Source: Pseudonocardiaceae bacterium
GTDB taxonomy: Bacteria; Actinomycetota; Actinomycetes; Mycobacteriales; Pseudonocardiaceae
NCBI GenBank assembly: GCA_036494295.1
Contig: DASXOL010000046.1
Location: forward strand, 1-37,687
Direction: 5' to 3'
Length of the DNA: 37,687 nt
Below the pieces are notes generated by a model. That model did not search any database and was not told the origin of the DNA. It saw nothing but the letters and a program-made list of their open reading frames with translations. This document shows positions 33,900 to 37,687 of the stretch, piece by piece. Positions within the stretch are counted from its first letter, which is position 1, and each line of letters begins with the position of its first letter. Both the position numbers and the translations under genes were made by a program.

Positions 33900-35624
33900 T
33901 CATAACGCCCGGAAGGTGGTGTAGAGATCCATCACGCCGAGCGCGAGCGGGAGGACCGACGCGATGAGGATCGCCTCCGCCACGTCCACCGAGCGGCGCA
34001 GCACGGGGGAGAACCGGCGGCGCGGGAACACTACGCCGAGCACCAGCGCGAGCACGGCGAGGACGAACAGCCCACCGAAGACCAGCAGTGTGGTGCCGTA
34101 GGGCGTCGCGGTCGTCATGAGGCTCGCCACCAGGCCCGCCGCGGCGAGCATGCCGCTGACGAGCAGGGCGATCGCCTGGCTGCCGTTGGCATAGGACCGG
34201 GCGCGCAGCAGCAACACCGCCGACACCACCGCGGCCAGCGCGACGCCGAAGGCGCCGCCGGTCGCGGCCACCACGGCAGCCACGGCCGCGACCGCGCCGG
34301 ACCCGATGATCATTCCCGTCATGTACTCGTGAGCCAGCCCGGCCCGGCGCTCGATGGCCGCGTAGTCCGGCAGGCCGCCGTCCTCCTGCAGGTCCTGTGC
34401 GCTGCCCGGCACCGGGGGCAGTGGCAGGCGCGCCAGCAGGATGGTGAGCCGGGGCAGCAACGAGATGGCGCCGAGTGCGACCGCGGCGAGCCCGGCCGCG
34501 ATGCTCTGCGCGGGCTGGTACACCAGGATGCCGCCGAGCAGCGTCCCGGTGAGCGCGCCGACCGCGCCCAGCGCGGCCGCCGTGGCCGCGGCCACGAACG
34601 GGGTGATCCCGGTGCCCAGCAGCATCACCGCCGCCGTTGCGAACAGCATCATCACCGAGCAGGCCAGCAGCAGGTTCGGCGGCCCGAGGTCGCTCGGCAC
34701 CAGGTAGAGCCCGCCCACGAAACCCAGCGGGAGACCTGCGGCGACCACCACCACGCCCGCCGTGTTCTCCCGGTAGACCCGCGCGATCACGGTGCCCGCG
34801 GCGAGCGTCGCGGTGGCGGCGCCCGCGCCGAGCACCCCGGCGCCGATGCCCGGCCCCGCGAAGAACAGCACGACCGCGCAGGCGAGCAGGGCGAGCCCGG
34901 CGGCGACCATCCCCAGCGTCCTGGCGGTGTTCTCGGTCCACGGGCGGTAGCTGTCCGGCGCGGCGGCCGCCACGGCTTCCACCACGTCGTCGAACAGCGG
35001 CGGAGGCGGATTCTCCGAGCGGCGCCGCAACTGCAGCAGATCGCCGTCCACCACCCCGAGCGAGCCGAGCGTGTAGTCCGGCGCGATCGCCGCTTCGCCG
35101 AGCCGGGCCAGGCACCATCCACCGTGCCCGCTGCCGCCGTCCGGAGCGGACTCCCCGGCCATCTTGAGCACCATCGGCAGCAGGTCCGCCACCGCCACGT
35201 CGGACGGCAGCGCCACGTCGATCCGGGTCCGCGGCGCGACCACCGTCACCCGGCTGAACACAGTGGACGGTCGCACGGCCTGGCCGGTCGCGGCGGGCCG
35301 CAGCGGTGCGGGCGGACCGGGGGGTCGCGGTGCGCCGGGCGACCGGAACGCGGGCACCGGCGCGGCCGGACCGGCCGGACGCGGCCGCGCCGGTGCCGGC
35401 GGCGGCGCGGGTGGCCTGCCCACCGGCAGCGGAACCGACGGCGCGGACGGCCGCGCGCCGGACGACTTGCCGGGCCGGACGGTCGGTTCCTCGGAGGGGG
35501 GCACCGAGTCGTCCGCGGGCGGGCGCGGGAACCGGCCTTTCGCGGGCCGGACCGTCGGCTCTTCCGAAGGGGGGACGTCCGCATCCGGGGGCAGGCCCGC
35601 GGAGTCCGCTCCGGAGGGTCGCAT
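33900..35624 (-). CDS. eccD: Type VII secretion integral membrane protein EccD with Pro-rich N-terminal extension
   Basis: Ubiquitin-like start 'RVTVVAPRTRIDVALPSDVAVADLLPMVLKMAG' followed by about 11 hydrophobic helices. I prefer ATG 35624, which has GGAGG 7 nt upstream, to the track's 35837. Internal GTGs near 35270 are also possible. Confidence 0.8.
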   Translation of the reverse strand: MRPSGADSAGLPPDADVPPSEEPTVRPAKGRFPRPPADDSVPPSEEPTVRPGKSSGARPSAPSVPLPVGRPPAPPPAPARPRPAGPAAPVPAFRSPGAPRPPGPPAPLRPAATGQAVRPSTVFSRVTVVAPRTRIDVALPSDVAVADLLPMVLKMAGESAPDGGSGHGGWCLARLGEAAIAPDYTLGSLGVVDGDLLQLRRRSENPPPPLFDDVVEAVAAAAPDSYRPWTENTARTLGMVAAGLALLACAVVLFFAGPGIGAGVLGAGAATATLAAGTVIARVYRENTAGVVVVAAGLPLGFVGGLYLVPSDLGPPNLLLACSVMMLFATAAVMLLGTGITPFVAAATAAALGAVGALTGTLLGGILVYQPAQSIAAGLAAVALGAISLLPRLTILLARLPLPPVPGSAQDLQEDGGLPDYAAIERRAGLAHEYMTGMIIGSGAVAAVAAVVAATGGAFGVALAAVVSAVLLLRARSYANGSQAIALLVSGMLAAAGLVASLMTTATPYGTTLLVFGGLFVLAVLALVLGVVFPRRRFSPVLRRSVDVAEAILIASVLPLALGVMDLYTTFRAL

Positions 35625-35762
35625 CGCCGGACCTCCGTTGGCGCCGTCTGCCACCGTCGCACCCCCTCGCCTAAGGCCTGCCGGCCGTCCTGTCGGTGAC
35701 GGCCCCACTCCGTGACCCCGGCGTCGGTGGAGCGAGCTGTCCTGACGCAGTCTGTTGTTCCC

Positions 35763-35792
35763 TGTCACCGCGGCGCGGACGGCGCCTAGTAT
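35763..35792 (+). promoter_or_regulatory. Candidate eccC promoter (-35 TGTCAC, 18 nt, -10 TAGTAT)
   Basis: Hexamers were read in the eccD-eccC divergent region. This is weak evidence. Confidence 0.3.
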
Positions 35793-35958
35793 GGCCCGAC
35801 GCGTCACGGCGGTGTCGGTGAGTGCCGATGCTGCCACAGCAGGTGACGGCTATGGGGCGGTGCTGACTTCGAGCCAGTGCTGACAACGAGGCGGTGCCGG
35901 CTTCCAGCCGTGCCGGCGTCACCGGGACCGGCAGCAGGTTCGCGGAGGGGGATCTGTC

Positions 35959-37687
35959 TTGGGCACCCTGCAGTTCCGGCGGTCGTCGCGGCTGAGGGCG
36001 CCGAAGATGCCCGGCGGCGAGATCCATCTGGAGCCGCCACCCGAGGTGCCCAGGGTCATCCCGGGCAACATCCTGCAGAAGATCATGCCGATCGTGATGG
36101 TGGTGGCCGTCCTCGGCATGGTGGCCTTCTTCTTCACCTCGAACAACCGGGCCAACCCGCTGTTCCTGCTGTTCCCGGTCATGATGCTGATCTCGACCGT
36201 CGGCATGTTCGCCGGCGGCGGCGGTCGCGGCACCGGCCAGCGCAAGGCCGAGATGAACGAGGACCGCAAGGACTACCTGCGCTACCTCGCGCAGATGCGG
36301 GAGCGGGCCAGGCAGACCGCCCAGGAACAGCGCGCGGCGCTGGAGTGGAGCCACCCCGATCCGGCGGCGCTGTGGTCGATCGCCAGCAGCAGACGCATGT
36401 GGGAGCGCAGAGCGGGGGACCCGGACTTCTGCCACGTACGGATCTGCCGGGGCGCGCAGCGGCTGGCGACCCGGCTGGTGCCGCCGCAGACCGGCCCGGT
36501 CGACGAGCTGGAACCGATGACGACGCTGGCGCTGCGGCAGTTCGTCCGCGCCCATTCGATCGTCCCCGACCTGCCGATCTCGCTGTCCATCCGCAGCTTC
36601 GCGGCGGTCGGCGTCACCGGCGAGCCGGCCGCCGCGCGCGGGCTGGCCCGCGCCATGGTCGCCCAGCTCGCCACCTTCCACTCCCCGGACGACCTGCTGC
36701 TCGCGGTGGTCAGCGCAGGCCGGGCGAGGCGCGAGTGGGAGTGGGCCAAGTGGCTGCCCCATGTGCAGCACCCCAGCCTGTACGACGGCGCGGGCTCGCT
36801 GCGGATGATGGCGGGCTCGCTGCCCGAGGTGGTGGACCTGCTCGGCGAGCACCTGCGGGACCGTCCCCGGTTCGCGCGCAGCGCGCAGCACACCGACGCG
36901 CCGCACATCGTGATCGTGCTCGACGAGGGCGAGGTGACCGGCGAGGAGCAGATCGTCCTCGACGAGGGCGCCGCGGGCGTCACGCTGCTCGACCTGTCCG
37001 CCGCACTGGGATCGCTCACCTCCCGCAAGGGGCTCACGCTGTCCATCGAGGGGGACACGATCGGCGCGCACGGCGCGTCCGGGGTGGAGTACTTCGGCTC
37101 GCCGGACTCGCTGGGGGTGGCCGAGGCGGAAGCGGTGGCCAGGGCGCTGGCCCCCTACCGGATCGGCACGCAGGAGGCCGAGGAGGAGGACGAGCCGCTG
37201 CTCGGCAACGCCGGGCTGCTCGAACTGCTCGGTCTCCCCGAGGACCCGCGTGCCTTCGACGTGGCCCAGGCCTGGCGGCCGCGGCCGTTGCGGGACCGCC
37301 TGCGGGTGCCGATCGGGGTCGGCGAGTTCGGCCAGCCGGTCGAGCTGGACATCAAAGAGGCCGCCCTGGAGGGGATGGGCCCGCACGGGCTGTGCGTGGG
37401 CGCCACCGGTTCGGGCAAGTCGGAGTTCCTGCGGACGCTGGTGCTGGGCCTGATCGCCACGCACTCGTCGTCGGTGCTGAACCTGGTGCTGGTCGACTTC
37501 AAGGGCGGCGCGACCTTCCTGGGCATGGAGGAGGCCCCGCACGTCGCCGCGGTCATCACCAACCTCGCCGACGACCTGACCCAGGTCACCCGCATGCAGG
37601 ACGCGCTGGCCGGGGAGATGAACCGCCGCCAGGAGCTGCTGCGCAGCGCGGGCAACTTCGCCAACGTCAAGGACTACGAGCGGGCCA
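35959..37687 (+). CDS. eccC: Type VII secretion FtsK/SpoIIIE-family ATPase EccC (3' end outside window)
   Basis: Not in the ORF track. An in-frame stop lies at 35881, and the first start codon after it is TTG 35959, preceded by GGAGGGGGA. The translation runs 'LGTLQFRRSSRLRAPKMPGGEIHLEPPPEVP', two TM helices, 'MNEDRKDYLRYL', then Walker A 'GLCVGATGSGKSEFLRTLVLGL'. Confidence 0.9.
   Translation, partial: MGTLQFRRSSRLRAPKMPGGEIHLEPPPEVPRVIPGNILQKIMPIVMVVAVLGMVAFFFTSNNRANPLFLLFPVMMLISTVGMFAGGGGRGTGQRKAEMNEDRKDYLRYLAQMRERARQTAQEQRAALEWSHPDPAALWSIASSRRMWERRAGDPDFCHVRICRGAQRLATRLVPPQTGPVDELEPMTTLALRQFVRAHSIVPDLPISLSIRSFAAVGVTGEPAAARGLARAMVAQLATFHSPDDLLLAVVSAGRARREWEWAKWLPHVQHPSLYDGAGSLRMMAGSLPEVVDLLGEHLRDRPRFARSAQHTDAPHIVIVLDEGEVTGEEQIVLDEGAAGVTLLDLSAALGSLTSRKGLTLSIEGDTIGAHGASGVEYFGSPDSLGVAEAEAVARALAPYRIGTQEAEEEDEPLLGNAGLLELLGLPEDPRAFDVAQAWRPRPLRDRLRVPIGVGEFGQPVELDIKEAALEGMGPHGLCVGATGSGKSEFLRTLVLGLIATHSSSVLNLVLVDFKGGATFLGMEEAPHVAAVITNLADDLTQVTRMQDALAGEMNRRQELLRSAGNFANVKDYERA

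Noticed and set aside
35625-35837. Track start (35837) for eccD
   Set aside because: ATG 35624 has a canonical GGAGG at 7-nt spacing, and the upstream 71 codons contain promoter-like hexamers for eccC. This remains uncertain and is listed as a finding.

Overview
Very high-G+C actinobacterial chromosome segment. Synteny resembles Mycobacteriales/Pseudonocardiales, but no taxon can be assigned without a search. I see four blocks.

(1) 1-12.6 kb is an alcohol/methanol-oxidation regulon. It has an Fe-ADH, a GAF histidine kinase and a LuxR regulator (MnoSR-like). The minus-strand operon mno (NDMA-dependent nicotinoprotein methanol dehydrogenase)-moxR-vwa-mftM follows. A CoA-binding / XRE / DUF222-HNH trio separates the two.

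(2) 13.0-23.0 kb is a non-canonical mycofactocin (MFT) locus. mftA is a 35-aa ORF ending IDGMCGVY that is absent from the ORF track. mftB and mftC come next, and mftE closes the locus. Between mftC and mftE sit six mostly start/stop-overlapped genes: two FadH/OYE flavoenzyme paralogues, ETF-alpha, FixC, FixX and ETF-beta. No mftD, mftF, mftG or mftR is visible in the window. I rate this the most interesting system here: a dedicated but biochemically uncharacterised electron-transfer chain wired into RiPP-cofactor biosynthesis.

(3) 23.9-28.7 kb is the conserved cluster infA-rpmJ-rpsM-rpsK-rpsD-rpoA-rplQ-truA.

(4) 28.8 kb to the end is an ESX-4-like type VII secretion locus: an unknown gene, eccE, eccB, mycP, eccD and eccC (truncated by the window edge). 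No WXG100 substrate genes lie in the window.

All calls come from reading translated motifs and synteny. No homology search was possible, so family names are recognition-based. Most long antisense ORFs in the track are high-GC shadow ORFs.
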